Positions 50,854-60,788 of a stretch of DNA of 64,000 bases are shown here, piece by piece; within the stretch, counting starts at the first letter, position 1, and the number at the start of each line of letters is the position of its first letter. The translations under genes and the position numbers were made by a program. Below the pieces are notes generated by a model, which saw nothing but the letters and a program-made list of their open reading frames with translations, was not told where the DNA came from and did not search any database. Source of the DNA: Waterburya sp. (GTDB lineage: Bacteria > Cyanobacteriota > Cyanobacteriia > Cyanobacteriales > Xenococcaceae); contig CBDCJV010000002.1 of NCBI GenBank assembly GCA_965217895.1, positions 4,320,001-4,384,000 of the forward strand, read 5' to 3'.

Positions 50854-52413
50854 CTAACCGCCCCAACTGCCGTATAAATAGCTTTTTAAAGATGATAAAT
50901 CTAATAATTCAAAGCTTGGCAAAAACTCTAGTAGTCTAGCTGCTATTTTACTTACACCCTGGGCAGCATTAGACTCAATATTTAAGGGAATGACAGGATC
51001 GTGGAGAGATAAGCGCAATAAAAACCAGCCAGCTTCTGTAGCAGATGTGCAAGATATTCTGACTCCTTCATAATTATTAGGCACAATCTCCCAATCTGTT
51101 TGAGTATTGGCAAACTCTTTTAACTGCTCGATAACATTATTACCGTAAGTTTGAAAATCAGCAGTCTTTATCTTTAAGCGAAATTCTTCGCTGACTGCTG
51201 GCTCTTGCAAACTGCTAATGGGATCTGTAATTAATTTGCCCTGCAATTTAGTCCTGGCTAACTCAACTAACAGTTTCGTGGCTAAATATGCCCCATCATC
51301 AAGAAAATAATTCTCCTTCATTGCCCCGTGTCCAGAGGTTTCAATTGCCAGCCAAGATTCCTCTCCAGAATTATCTAGCCTAATTGATTCATTAATCACG
51401 TTTTTATATCCTCGTTTAAAACGATGATGTTTCCCTCCTAGCTGCCGTTCAATAAATTGAGTTAAGCCATCTGAGGTAATTGAATCGGTGACTATAGTTG
51501 AGCCTGGATGTTCTTGTAAAACAATTGCTGAAATCAAGGCAATCATGCGGTTGCGATTTAGCTCATTTCCTTGGTGATCTACTGCTGCTGCGCGATCGAC
51601 ATCTGTATCAAAAATAATTCCGAGATCGGCTTGGCGATCGACAACAGCTTGGCAAATTGCCTCCATTGCCTCTTTGTTTTCTGGATTGGGAACATGATTA
51701 GGAAACGTTCCATCAGGATCGAGAAACTGGCTACCTGTCGTATCTGCCCCTAAAGGTTTTAGTACTCGATCTACATAAAACCCTCCTGCACCATTCCCCG
51801 CATCTACCACTATTTTTAAGCCTGTCAAAGGTTGCTCAAAGTTATCAAGATGATTTACCCCTCGGCGAACAGTCTCGACTAATTTGGCTGCATAAATAGT
51901 CATAAAATCGCGCTGAGAAACTTCGCCTTTGCTTGCACCAATAGTTAGTTCTTCGGCTTCAGCGATCGCCAGAATATCACTAATATCTGGTTTTCCTAAA
52001 CCGCCTTGGGGAGTAAAAAACTTTAAGCCATTACGATTAAAAGGCAAATGACTAGCGGTAAGCATAATTGCCCCATCACAGTTAAACCCATCTGTGACGG
52101 TACTCATAAACATAGCGGGAGTAGAGGCAAGATCGACATCATAAACTCTACATCCTGCGATCGCAATTCCCTCGATCACAGCCTGACTCAAAGCTTTTCC
52201 CGATAAACGGCTATCTCTTCCCACTGCAATTGTAATCTCTTCAGCAGGTTTATTTGCCTGTACCTTTAGCCACTGGACAAAAGCATTGCCAAGAGTTTTG
52301 GCTACATCAGAAGTTAAATTAACCACCTCATCAGCAACGCCTTCTAGGGCAACTCCACGAATATCAGAGCCATTTTGCAGCTTTTTCCAGTCGATGTTAT
52401 TCATTTTTGTCAT
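50854..52413 (-). CDS. Phosphomannomutase/phosphoglucomutase (start reassigned to ATG 52413 or 52404)
   Basis: GSDIRG, TASH, FDTDVDR, ETSGH; the track's GTG start at 52434 lies inside the 6S RNA. Confidence 0.9.
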   Translation of the reverse strand: MTKMNNIDWKKLQNGSDIRGVALEGVADEVVNLTSDVAKTLGNAFVQWLKVQANKPAEEITIAVGRDSRLSGKALSQAVIEGIAIAGCRVYDVDLASTPAMFMSTVTDGFNCDGAIMLTASHLPFNRNGLKFFTPQGGLGKPDISDILAIAEAEELTIGASKGEVSQRDFMTIYAAKLVETVRRGVNHLDNFEQPLTGLKIVVDAGNGAGGFYVDRVLKPLGADTTGSQFLDPDGTFPNHVPNPENKEAMEAICQAVVDRQADLGIIFDTDVDRAAAVDHQGNELNRNRMIALISAIVLQEHPGSTIVTDSITSDGLTQFIERQLGGKHHRFKRGYKNVINESIRLDNSGEESWLAIETSGHGAMKENYFLDDGAYLATKLLVELARTKLQGKLITDPISSLQEPAVSEEFRLKIKTADFQTYGNNVIEQLKEFANTQTDWEIVPNNYEGVRISCTSATEAGWFLLRLSLHDPVIPLNIESNAAQGVSKIAARLLEFLPSFELLDLSSLKSYLYGSWGG

Positions 52414-52423
52414 TAAAAAATAG

Positions 52424-52603
52424 CCCACCGCCACGCCGTTTTACCTTAGTTTATGACCTGGAATACCAGGGTGGGAATTGGCTGCTCTAGTTTCTGTTTC
52501 CGAGTACTTGCTCGGTATACTGCCACCAGAGCTATTGCTATTCCCGACATAAATCAAGCATAGATCAATAAACTTGAGAGGTAGTCACCAACGTGGTAGT
52601 GGT
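52424..52603 (-). ncRNA. ssrS: 6S RNA (cyanobacterial SsaA/SsrS)
   Basis: About 180 nt; ends ccactaccacgttg / cggcgtggcggtgg pair; internal gggaat/attccc and gctctgg/ctagagc stems; GCAGCCAATTCCCACCCTGG recalled as typical of cyanobacterial 6S; TATGAT -10 at 52613-52618; T-run after the 3' end. Confidence 0.85.
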
Positions 52604-52727
52604 ACTTTATCCATCATAAACAGTTTTTAAAATTTAGCAAGAGGCATTGATAAGGAAAGAATTGATAATTGATAATTGATAAACGATAGTATGAGATGAA
52701 GCTCATTAAGTTACTTTCAAAAAGATA

Positions 52728-53657
52728 GTGGAATTAAAACGCGCAATTATTGCTTACAAAGCAGGAGACAAAAATAGCAGACAATGGGCAGAAAAATGTG
52801 CCAGAGAGTTAGAAAGTCGTAACTGTCAGGTTTTAATCGGACCAAGCGGTATTAAAGATAATCCCTATCCTGTCTTTTTAGCTTCTTCAATGGTCAAGAT
52901 CGATCTGGCAATAGTTTTGGGCGGAGATGGAACAATTTTGGCTGCTGCCAGACAACTAGCCCCTGAGAACATCCCCATTTTGGCGGTAAACGTGGGCGGA
53001 CATTTGGGGTTTTTGACCGAACCTTTTGAATTGTTTCAAAATACTGAACAGATATGGGATCGTTTACAGTCAGATCTTTATGCAGTCCAAAAACGCATGA
53101 TGTTACAGGCGCAGCTATATGAGGGACGAACTCAATTAACCTCCGTTAGCGAAATATTTTATTGTCTTAATGAGATGTGTATTAAACCTGCTAGCGTAGA
53201 TCGTATGCCTACTTCAGTCTTGGAACTAGAGGCAGATGGACAGGTAGTAGATCAATACAGCGGTGACGGACTATTAGTTTCAACTCCTACAGGCTCTACT
53301 GGCTATACCGTCTCAGCTAATGGGCCTATTTTGCATCCTGATATGTGGGCGATCGCCGTTACGCCGATATGTCCTCTCAGTCTCTCTGGTCGTCCCTTAG
53401 TTTTGCCCCCTGGTAGCGTAGTTAGCGTCTGTCCAATTAGAGACTATGAGGTGAACACTAAGCTTTGGACAGATGGTGCCTTGGGGACAACGATCTGGCC
53501 TGGTCAAAGAGTAGTAATCAAGATGGCAAATTGTCAGGCACATTTTATTATTTTGCGAGAAAGCTATTCTTTTTATGACACCCTAAGAGAAAAACTACAG
53601 TGGGCAGGAACTAGGGTGCATTATAAAGATAAAAACCAGAATTTTCTCAAAAAATAA
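52728..53657 (+). CDS. nadK: NAD(+) kinase
   Basis: LGGDGT, GHLGFL, LNE, DGLLVSTPTGSTGY. Confidence 0.93.
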   Translation: MELKRAIIAYKAGDKNSRQWAEKCARELESRNCQVLIGPSGIKDNPYPVFLASSMVKIDLAIVLGGDGTILAAARQLAPENIPILAVNVGGHLGFLTEPFELFQNTEQIWDRLQSDLYAVQKRMMLQAQLYEGRTQLTSVSEIFYCLNEMCIKPASVDRMPTSVLELEADGQVVDQYSGDGLLVSTPTGSTGYTVSANGPILHPDMWAIAVTPICPLSLSGRPLVLPPGSVVSVCPIRDYEVNTKLWTDGALGTTIWPGQRVVIKMANCQAHFIILRESYSFYDTLREKLQWAGTRVHYKDKNQNFLKK

Positions 53658-53719
53658 GCTTTAATAGATCTCTTCTATTACTTTTTACTTCTTACCCACT
53701 ACCTCCCACCTCTCAATTA

Positions 53720-55441
53720 ATGTGGTCAACCAAACTATCCAAAGCTGCCTTAATAGTAATTACTACCGTTACGATTTTAGTTATTAATCTAAGTCCAGGA
53801 TTAACTCAAGCGAATTATAATTTCTTACCCTACGATCTGAGATTTGAAAATCTACAGCTAGATCGAGATGGGGGTATTCCCAAAGCACCTGTAGAAATTG
53901 ACGGGAGAGTTATATTAAGGGTTGGTAAACTTGATAGTGATTCGGCAGAAGAAAGAGCTTCTGTTATCCGTAAAGAGATAGTTCGAGCAGTTAAAGATGA
54001 TAACTTTACTGGAGTAAAGATCGAAGAAAAAGATAGGCTGCCAGTATTGTACTTGGTATTTGATAAACCACCAGAACCTGAGTTTAGAAAACAATTAGAT
54101 AGTGCTTCTAATCAAGAGCAACGGTACTTATTTACAGTCACCAGAGAAGATACTATCGCTAAAAAGTCGATTCTGGAAACGGCAATAGATTTAAAGCAGG
54201 AAATAGCACAGGCGATCGCTCAAGCTAAGAAAGAAAGAACTGCTGCTTTTGCACGTCGTCAGGGAATTATTGCTCTAGTTTTATTGTTAATAGCTCTATT
54301 CTTCTCCAGGTTAATAGAACAGCTACAAACTTATCCACTTAGAAAAGCAATTCAAAGAGTTATTCCTGGATTTCCTAGCAACACTACTTCTAGCCCTTCT
54401 AACCTAACAACTCTATTCCGTCTGAAATTGGGTTTTGCTCAGTTTCTGGTTTGGACAGTCACAATTTTTACTATTGCCTGTCTTTTCCCTCTTACCCGCC
54501 ATTGGTTATATGCGCTAATCAACATTTTAATTGGCACATTTAATACATCTGTATTTAGCTTGAATGGCGAAAACTTTTCCATCATCAAGCTACTATTTTT
54601 GGTTGGTTTATTAATTGGTTCAATTGTTGTGAGTGGATACCTTGCCAATTTGCTGCGTAGTAATGTTCTCCAAGCTACCAGGATGAGCAGAGGTTCTCAA
54701 GAAATCTTTTTTATTATTACTAAATATGGTTTAATTTTGTTGGCTTCAGTGGTTTTGCTCCAGGCTTATGGCTTGGATTTAAGTTCTTTAACTTTAATCG
54801 GTAGTGCTTTAGGTGTAGGTATCGGTTTTGGTTTTCAAGATATTGCCCGTAACTTTGCCAGCGGTATTGTGCTGTTATTTGAACGCTCGATTCAGGTGGG
54901 AGATTTTATTCAGATAGGGGAACATTTAGGAGTAGTTGAGGAGGTTAGAACTAGAAGTATTGTGCTTAAAACCTTGGATCGTATTTCTATTATTGTGCCT
55001 AACTCCCGTGTTCTTAGCGAAGAGGTGATCAACTGGAATCATCGCAAAAGCGTAACTCGCTTACATCTACCCATTGGAGTTGCCTATGAATCTGACGTAG
55101 CCAAAGTTAAGTCGGCTTTGCTACAGGCAGCCGAAGAACATCTAGAAGTTCTACGCAATCCTTCTCCCCAAGTCTTTTTTACTGAATTTGCCGATAGTTC
55201 TCTTAACTTTGAACTATTGGTTTGGACATCCGATCCTAGTCGTCAAGCACCCTTAAAAAGCGATCTTTATTTTCGGATCAAAGAACTGTTTGAGGAACAA
55301 GAAATTGATATTCCTTTTCCTCAAAGAGATATTAATTTGAGAACAGGAGATTTACCAATTAGGCTACCCGAACAATTGGAAAGCCATTTGTTGTATTGGT
55401 TGAGAAGTTTGATTTCTCAGAAACACCACAACGATAAATGA
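53720..55441 (+). CDS. MscS-family mechanosensitive channel with periplasmic N-terminal domain
   Basis: GVGIGFGFQD..NF.SG, GDFI, VPNS, NW, IPFPQ. Confidence 0.92.
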   Translation: MWSTKLSKAALIVITTVTILVINLSPGLTQANYNFLPYDLRFENLQLDRDGGIPKAPVEIDGRVILRVGKLDSDSAEERASVIRKEIVRAVKDDNFTGVKIEEKDRLPVLYLVFDKPPEPEFRKQLDSASNQEQRYLFTVTREDTIAKKSILETAIDLKQEIAQAIAQAKKERTAAFARRQGIIALVLLLIALFFSRLIEQLQTYPLRKAIQRVIPGFPSNTTSSPSNLTTLFRLKLGFAQFLVWTVTIFTIACLFPLTRHWLYALINILIGTFNTSVFSLNGENFSIIKLLFLVGLLIGSIVVSGYLANLLRSNVLQATRMSRGSQEIFFIITKYGLILLASVVLLQAYGLDLSSLTLIGSALGVGIGFGFQDIARNFASGIVLLFERSIQVGDFIQIGEHLGVVEEVRTRSIVLKTLDRISIIVPNSRVLSEEVINWNHRKSVTRLHLPIGVAYESDVAKVKSALLQAAEEHLEVLRNPSPQVFFTEFADSSLNFELLVWTSDPSRQAPLKSDLYFRIKELFEEQEIDIPFPQRDINLRTGDLPIRLPEQLESHLLYWLRSLISQKHHNDK

Positions 55442-55494
55442 TGCTATAGTCATTCCAATTAATTTCCTCATAATTGACTGGTTTTAAGCCAGAG

Positions 55495-55705
55495 GTCAGG
55501 AGAGTTTGAGACACTTATCACAGTTTTCTTTTTTCGTATAGTTTCTATAGGATTGGGGGATTTAGGGTGGGCGGAAATGCCCTGAATGTAAGGGCATATT
55601 CTGAGGGCGTAATCCGTGGGTTTCTCACGGATGTTGACCGCCCGAACAACACCCATCCGAAAGAGGCGAGAATGTAGTTGATGAGACTTTTCAGACAATC
55701 TCTTA
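55495..55705. repeat. GC-rich palindromic dispersed element (family D)
   Basis: Nested stems gggcgg/ccgccc, atgccct/agggcat, atccgtg/cacggat; ends in tcagacaatctctt, like 56207-56220. Confidence 0.5.
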
Positions 55706-56017
55706 GTGCCTTTTCCAAGATTATACTGAGAGATAAACTTGATCGATTAGGAAAAATACTCATCACTATAAAAACACTAAAACTTAACTATCAATTGATC
55801 GCAAGCAATATAACCTCTAGATTACATTTAATATACAAGTTTTTAAGTAATTATTTCGAGATTGATTCTTTGGTATGACTGCAAAATATACTGATGCGTT
55901 ATTCCAAAAACACAATTAACTTATAAAAGAACTATTAATTTTAATTATTTGAAATTTTACTGACGTAGCAATCTTATTATTGATAACTGCAACTCTTAAC
56001 TATATTTTTAACTTTTA

Positions 56018-56220
56018 TAGGACTTACGCAGTTTAACAAGTTCTGCCCTTCTAGCCTCCCAAATCTGGGGGAACAAGAATTAAAAGTCCCAGCCCCCTCT
56101 AATCTCCCCCAAACTTGGGGGAGACTAATCGTTCCCTCCCCAGAATTGGGGAGGGGTAGGGAGGGGCGGGGGATTTAGGGGGCTTTTGTGTAGCAAATTT
56201 GATTTCTCAGACAACCTCTT
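56018..56220. repeat. Composite palindromic element (family D-related)
   Basis: Three CCC-AAA/AGAA-TTGGGG-type hairpins, gggggatttaggg (also at 55555-55567), ends in tcagacaacctctt. Confidence 0.6.
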
Positions 56221-56298
56221 TGTTACAAACAACAAAATTTAAATACCTTGTTTGTAATTATCTTTCAAAATTGTGTACCAAATTAATAAAGTAAAACT

Positions 56299-57240
56299 AT
56301 GCTAAAAACAAATTTACTACAATCATGGGGAAAGCTAAATCTTAAAAATTGCCTGTTTTTACCTTTAATAGGGTTTGGTTGCTCCTTGGCTGTTCCTGCT
56401 GCACAAGCTGCCACGGTCACGTTTGATAGCGGCACAATTATCAATAGTGGCTCTCAAACCTTTGGTGGAATCAAAGTAAATTATAATCTTTCTCAGTCTG
56501 GAACTGCTGTAGACACTAGCAAATTCGGTACTCCTAGTAATAAAACGGGACAGCCATTTCCAGGAGCTACAACCTATACTCTTTTGGCAGCATACTCAGA
56601 TCTTAATGATGGCAATGCCTTTCAAGATACCGCTAAAACTACCCCTACGGGAGCTACGCAAACGCCACTTGTGGTTGACGTAAAGAACTATGTCAACTAC
56701 AACTTCACTTTTGACAAGCCTGTTGACCTAACTAATTTTAGAGTAAGCGATCTTGATTACGATCACGCAGATAATGATAAATATCATGACGCTATTTCTG
56801 TAATTGCTCAGAAACCCAATGGTACTTTCTCGGTTGTTACGGGAGGAACAGTTGGAACTGATTTACAAACTTACACAGCGAAGCTGATCGCTAACCCAAC
56901 TGGAGGACCTAATTATACTGTTAATGGCATCAGTACTTTAACACCTTACCGCCACAAAGATAATGCTGCAACTGGTACTTTGTCTAATCTTCCTAGTAAT
57001 AATACTACGGCAGTTGTTTACGATAGTTCACTCAAGAATATTTCTGCGGTCAATGTTCTATACTGGAGTGAAAGAAATGAGACAGCTACAAATTACAACA
57101 ATCTTCAAGGCATAGCTCTTAACGGCCAGTTTCAAGCAACTGAGGTTCCTTTTGAATTTTCTCCTACTCTGGGACTAATTTTGACGGGATTTGGTATTGG
57201 TTTACGCCAATGGTGGACAAGATCGAAAACTCAATCTTGA
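56299..57240 (+). CDS. Secreted surface protein with PFE-CTERM (PEP-CTERM variant) sorting signal
   Basis: Signal peptide ending AAQAA; T/N/G-rich body; VPFEFSPTLGL + transmembrane helix + basic tail. Confidence 0.85.
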   Translation: MLKTNLLQSWGKLNLKNCLFLPLIGFGCSLAVPAAQAATVTFDSGTIINSGSQTFGGIKVNYNLSQSGTAVDTSKFGTPSNKTGQPFPGATTYTLLAAYSDLNDGNAFQDTAKTTPTGATQTPLVVDVKNYVNYNFTFDKPVDLTNFRVSDLDYDHADNDKYHDAISVIAQKPNGTFSVVTGGTVGTDLQTYTAKLIANPTGGPNYTVNGISTLTPYRHKDNAATGTLSNLPSNNTTAVVYDSSLKNISAVNVLYWSERNETATNYNNLQGIALNGQFQATEVPFEFSPTLGLILTGFGIGLRQWWTRSKTQS

Positions 57241-57418
57241 TTAAACTATTGGCTGTAGCCATTGCTGACAAGTTAAGACACTGCGCTGTTTGTAAATAGG
57301 TCTTTAGCTATTAGCCACAAAACAGTTTAGCTTATTTATCTACAAATTCAGACTTGGTAAGCATCAACCTCATGCTAAACCCATATTTTACTTATCAACC
57401 AAAAACATACAACTTTTT

Positions 57419-57477
57419 AAAAGCTAATAGCTACGAGCAGTAATATATTGTAAGTCATTACTTAAATCACCAACGCC
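57419..57477. repeat. Degenerate copy of MITE family A (right end)
   Basis: aaaagctaatagctacga ... aaatcaccaacgcc. Confidence 0.55.
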
Positions 57478-57489
57478 ATAAAAGATTCT

Positions 57490-58053
57490 TCAGCGATTCA
57501 AACTAGAGCCTGTATGTTTGGTAAAAATCCAAATAATAGAACGCCCTACATCACGAATAATCTTGATCTTTGGCTCTGGTTTTCGGTTAGTTGCTAATGA
57601 GACAGGAGTGAAGGCAATTCCCTGGCTACCTAAAACTAAAAAAGCGATCGCTTTAGCTCTAGGCATATGAAAATCAGAAGTAATCAGGTAAATATGCTTA
57701 AAATGTCTTTTTTTAAAATCGACAACTAGGGTCGTAAAGTTAGTTACAGTATCGCTAGCACGGCGATCTAAGTAAAATTGTCCTTTTAAAATAGCTGCAT
57801 CTTGGAATATTTTACGGGCTAGATCGGGGTCAGTACCCGTAGATACCCAAATAGGTAAGTTGGGATGAGATTGAGCAAATTGTGCGGTAAATTCTTCTCG
57901 ATTTTGACCACCACCGAGAGTAAGAATTGCTTGAGGAGTTGGCTGCTGATAACAAGCGATCGCCAGTTTCAAGGGAATAGTAAGCAATAGAATTAAAATG
58001 AGACTAATAGCAACTAAAAAAAGATGAAATTTTTTTATGTATTTAAATCTCAT
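57490..58053 (-). CDS. YdcF/DUF218-family protein
   Basis: LGGG, DTVTNF, ITSDFHMPRA. Confidence 0.85.
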   Translation of the reverse strand: MRFKYIKKFHLFLVAISLILILLLTIPLKLAIACYQQPTPQAILTLGGGQNREEFTAQFAQSHPNLPIWVSTGTDPDLARKIFQDAAILKGQFYLDRRASDTVTNFTTLVVDFKKRHFKHIYLITSDFHMPRAKAIAFLVLGSQGIAFTPVSLATNRKPEPKIKIIRDVGRSIIWIFTKHTGSSLNR

Positions 58054-58067
58054 TAATTTACTGATAA

Positions 58068-58844
58068 CTATGACTCGATATTAATATTAGTTTCTATTTC
58101 GATTAAACGAATTGCTAAAATTATTTCAGCAAGCATTCTTTGAAAAGCATAATACCAGCCAACCCAACCATCTAAAACTCCGCCTTTTAGGATCAAACAA
58201 TAAAATAAAATAATAAACGGGGCAATTATTTTTTGCTTACGTATTTTGTCTCCCAAGCTCAGTTTTTGAAAGGGAGTTTCTGCAAGTTTTTTTGCTTCAA
58301 TTAGCATATAGCGATCTTGCGCCCATAACCATCTGCTTAAAGGCTTGCGATCGTCATGATGAATATAAGAATTAAGATGATTAGATTGTCCTGTAACAAC
58401 AACTTGATGAGCATGGCCATCATTAATATAATGTGCTTTATCTTTTCTAAATAGCACTTGACGATGTGGTAATAGTGTTCCTCGTAATGGTTTACCAAAA
58501 ACGCAATATTGAAAGTTCACAAAGTAACCATCACACAGATGTTTTGAAGATAAAGAATCAATCTCAGCAATGAACCTATCAGATAGTATATAATCTGCAT
58601 CAATAGAAAGTACCCACTCAGAATTTATTTGCTTTAATCCGTAATTGCATTGATTAGCAAAAGTATCAAATTTTCTTTGTAACACCTCTATCTGAGGATA
58701 GGACTGAAGAATTTCTAAAGTATCATCAGTACTAAAGCTATCAATAACGACAATTTTGTCTGCCCAATCAAGTTTGGCTAAAGTTCGCTTGATATTACAA
58801 CTTTCATTATAGGTAAGAATTAAAGGAGTTATACTTTTGAGCAT
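58068..58844 (-). CDS. Family 2 glycosyltransferase
   Basis: ILTYNE, DSFSTD.T, WVLSIDAD. Confidence 0.9.
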   Translation of the reverse strand: MLKSITPLILTYNESCNIKRTLAKLDWADKIVVIDSFSTDDTLEILQSYPQIEVLQRKFDTFANQCNYGLKQINSEWVLSIDADYILSDRFIAEIDSLSSKHLCDGYFVNFQYCVFGKPLRGTLLPHRQVLFRKDKAHYINDGHAHQVVVTGQSNHLNSYIHHDDRKPLSRWLWAQDRYMLIEAKKLAETPFQKLSLGDKIRKQKIIAPFIILFYCLILKGGVLDGWVGWYYAFQRMLAEIILAIRLIEIETNINIES

Positions 58845-58878
58845 GGCAAGATCGGCTTATAGGTATATCAATTACTCT

Positions 58879-59526
58879 TTATAATTGAGATAATTTACAA
58901 GAACACAACATTGATTTCCATAAATAAGGCAATCTCCCAGCAAAATCAAACTGTAAATTAGTAAACCCTTCTGATTCTAAAAGACTACTCAAGGTTTTTA
59001 CTGAGAAAAATTTAATATGACCACCATCCCAAAGGGTTGTGAAATGACAATCCATTTTTCCCGTAAGAGATAGTAAAAGATTTTTCCAATATCCATGATA
59101 AGGAGTAGTAATAATTAAAAACCCTTCTGGCTTCAAACAATGACGCGCATATTTAACTAATTCACGAGGATAATATAAATGCTCTATTACCTCAGCAGAA
59201 ATTACAACATCAAAAGAGTTTCTTAAATTTTGAGGAAGTTGATCGTAAACACTTCCTTGAATAAAGTCACAATGAGGAAAAGTTTGTTTAGCAAAATCAA
59301 TACCTGACTCTGATTGTTCTATACCAGTTACTTGATAACCTTGCTTTGAAATTAAATTAGTTAGGCTGCCATTACCACAACCAAGATCTAAAATACGTAG
59401 TGTATTTTCTTGAGAATTTGGAACTTGAGATAGTAGCTTGAGAAGTAAGGGGATTATATAAGCATGATGGTGATTGGAGTTACTATTTTGATAAGTATAT
59501 TTGTATTGATTCAAAATATTAGTCAT
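58879..59526 (-). CDS. Class I SAM-dependent methyltransferase
   Basis: ILDLGCGNG, FDVVISAEVIEH, ITTPYHGY. Confidence 0.9.
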   Translation of the reverse strand: MTNILNQYKYTYQNSNSNHHHAYIIPLLLKLLSQVPNSQENTLRILDLGCGNGSLTNLISKQGYQVTGIEQSESGIDFAKQTFPHCDFIQGSVYDQLPQNLRNSFDVVISAEVIEHLYYPRELVKYARHCLKPEGFLIITTPYHGYWKNLLLSLTGKMDCHFTTLWDGGHIKFFSVKTLSSLLESEGFTNLQFDFAGRLPYLWKSMLCSCKLSQL

Positions 59527-59562
59527 AACTTATAATTACTGTATTTTAATAACAACTGGTTG

Positions 59563-60735
59563 TTACTTGTTGTTTAAAATTGTGCTGTAGATATCAATTA
59601 GCTTTGCTGCAATACTATCCCAAGTATATTGTTCTAAAACAACTTTATAAGCGCGATCGCCTTTTGATTCTAGTTCTAATAAATTGTCTAAACAATAATC
59701 AATTGATGAAGTAATAGCATCAATATTTAAATCCGTAACGTATCCAATTCGCTCCTGTTTTAACATAGAAGATAGAGCAACGCCAGGGGTAACTAAAGCG
59801 GGAATTCCTGCTGCTAGAGCTTCTAAAACGGCAATACCAAAGTTTTCTGAATAAGAGGTTAGGGCAAAAACATCTGCACCCTGTAGTAACAGACTTTTAT
59901 ATTCTCCTTGAACAAAACCTACTCGATAAGTACGAGTACAAATATTATGTTGATGTAGTAGCTTTTCTACTTCAATTTCATATTCAGAATCGCCATTTCC
60001 AGCTAAAACAAAAGTAAAGGATTTATCAGTTAATTTTCCTAAAGCTGCAATTAAATAATCTAATCCTTTTTTGGGATGTAGTCGAGAAAGAAATAGAATA
60101 ATTGGTTCATTTTTTACTTTTAATTGCTGTCTTAACTTAGTTTTTGCATTGGGGATTTTAGGTGGAATAGATATACCATGAGGCAAAATAAAGCTAGAGC
60201 ATTTTAAATTGAGATTAGAAGTCTCTTGTTGTTCTTGCTCCGTGGTAAAATGTAAGGATTGCGCTCCATTAAGATTTGCTCTTTCAATTAAACTAAGATA
60301 GGCTCGTTTTTTTTGATAACCTTGTTGTAAAGACCATTGACATAATTGACCCAAAGTTCGGCATATATATGGTACTTTCTTAATACGGGCGATCGCCATG
60401 GCGACGGTAGAAGGATAAGAAAAAATAGCATGAATATGGATTAAATCATAATTATTTATATGAAGCCAAAACCAATGAGTCAAAGAAAAAGAAAAAGCAA
60501 ATTCTTTTAAAGAATAAATATCTGGCGAAAAACGAGAAAAAAACCAAACGGGTACTTCTTTATATTCTATTTTTTTATTTAAAGGAACATCTAAAAGGCG
60601 ATCGCCATTATCATTAGTAGTCACAATCTCAGCATCAATATTATGACGACGCAAAGCCATAACCATTTCTAAAATTGCCTGACTAGGACCACCTCTAACT
60701 GGTGCAATAGAAGGAATAACATGAAGAATTTTCAT
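59563..60735 (-). CDS. Family 4 glycosyltransferase
   Basis: RGGP, FLSRLHPKKG, SENFG..VLEALA.G. Confidence 0.9.
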   Translation of the reverse strand: MKILHVIPSIAPVRGGPSQAILEMVMALRRHNIDAEIVTTNDNGDRLLDVPLNKKIEYKEVPVWFFSRFSPDIYSLKEFAFSFSLTHWFWLHINNYDLIHIHAIFSYPSTVAMAIARIKKVPYICRTLGQLCQWSLQQGYQKKRAYLSLIERANLNGAQSLHFTTEQEQQETSNLNLKCSSFILPHGISIPPKIPNAKTKLRQQLKVKNEPIILFLSRLHPKKGLDYLIAALGKLTDKSFTFVLAGNGDSEYEIEVEKLLHQHNICTRTYRVGFVQGEYKSLLLQGADVFALTSYSENFGIAVLEALAAGIPALVTPGVALSSMLKQERIGYVTDLNIDAITSSIDYCLDNLLELESKGDRAYKVVLEQYTWDSIAAKLIDIYSTILNNK

Positions 60736-60788
60736 TAATTTGTTTCCATAACTTGCAAAATAACATTAATATCCAGTTTCATTAAAAA

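Noticed and set aside
52414..52434. GTG start of the phosphohexomutase
   Set aside because: Lies in the 3' stem and T-tail of the 6S RNA; downstream ATGs fit better
55650..55700. Hammerhead ribozyme (tgatgag / gaaa)
   Set aside because: Core is TTGATGA rather than CTGATGA, and the required stem arrangement is missing
55468..55878. Three short ORFs (76, 73 and 66 aa)
   Set aside because: They overlap each other and a palindromic repeat; no recognisable protein motifs
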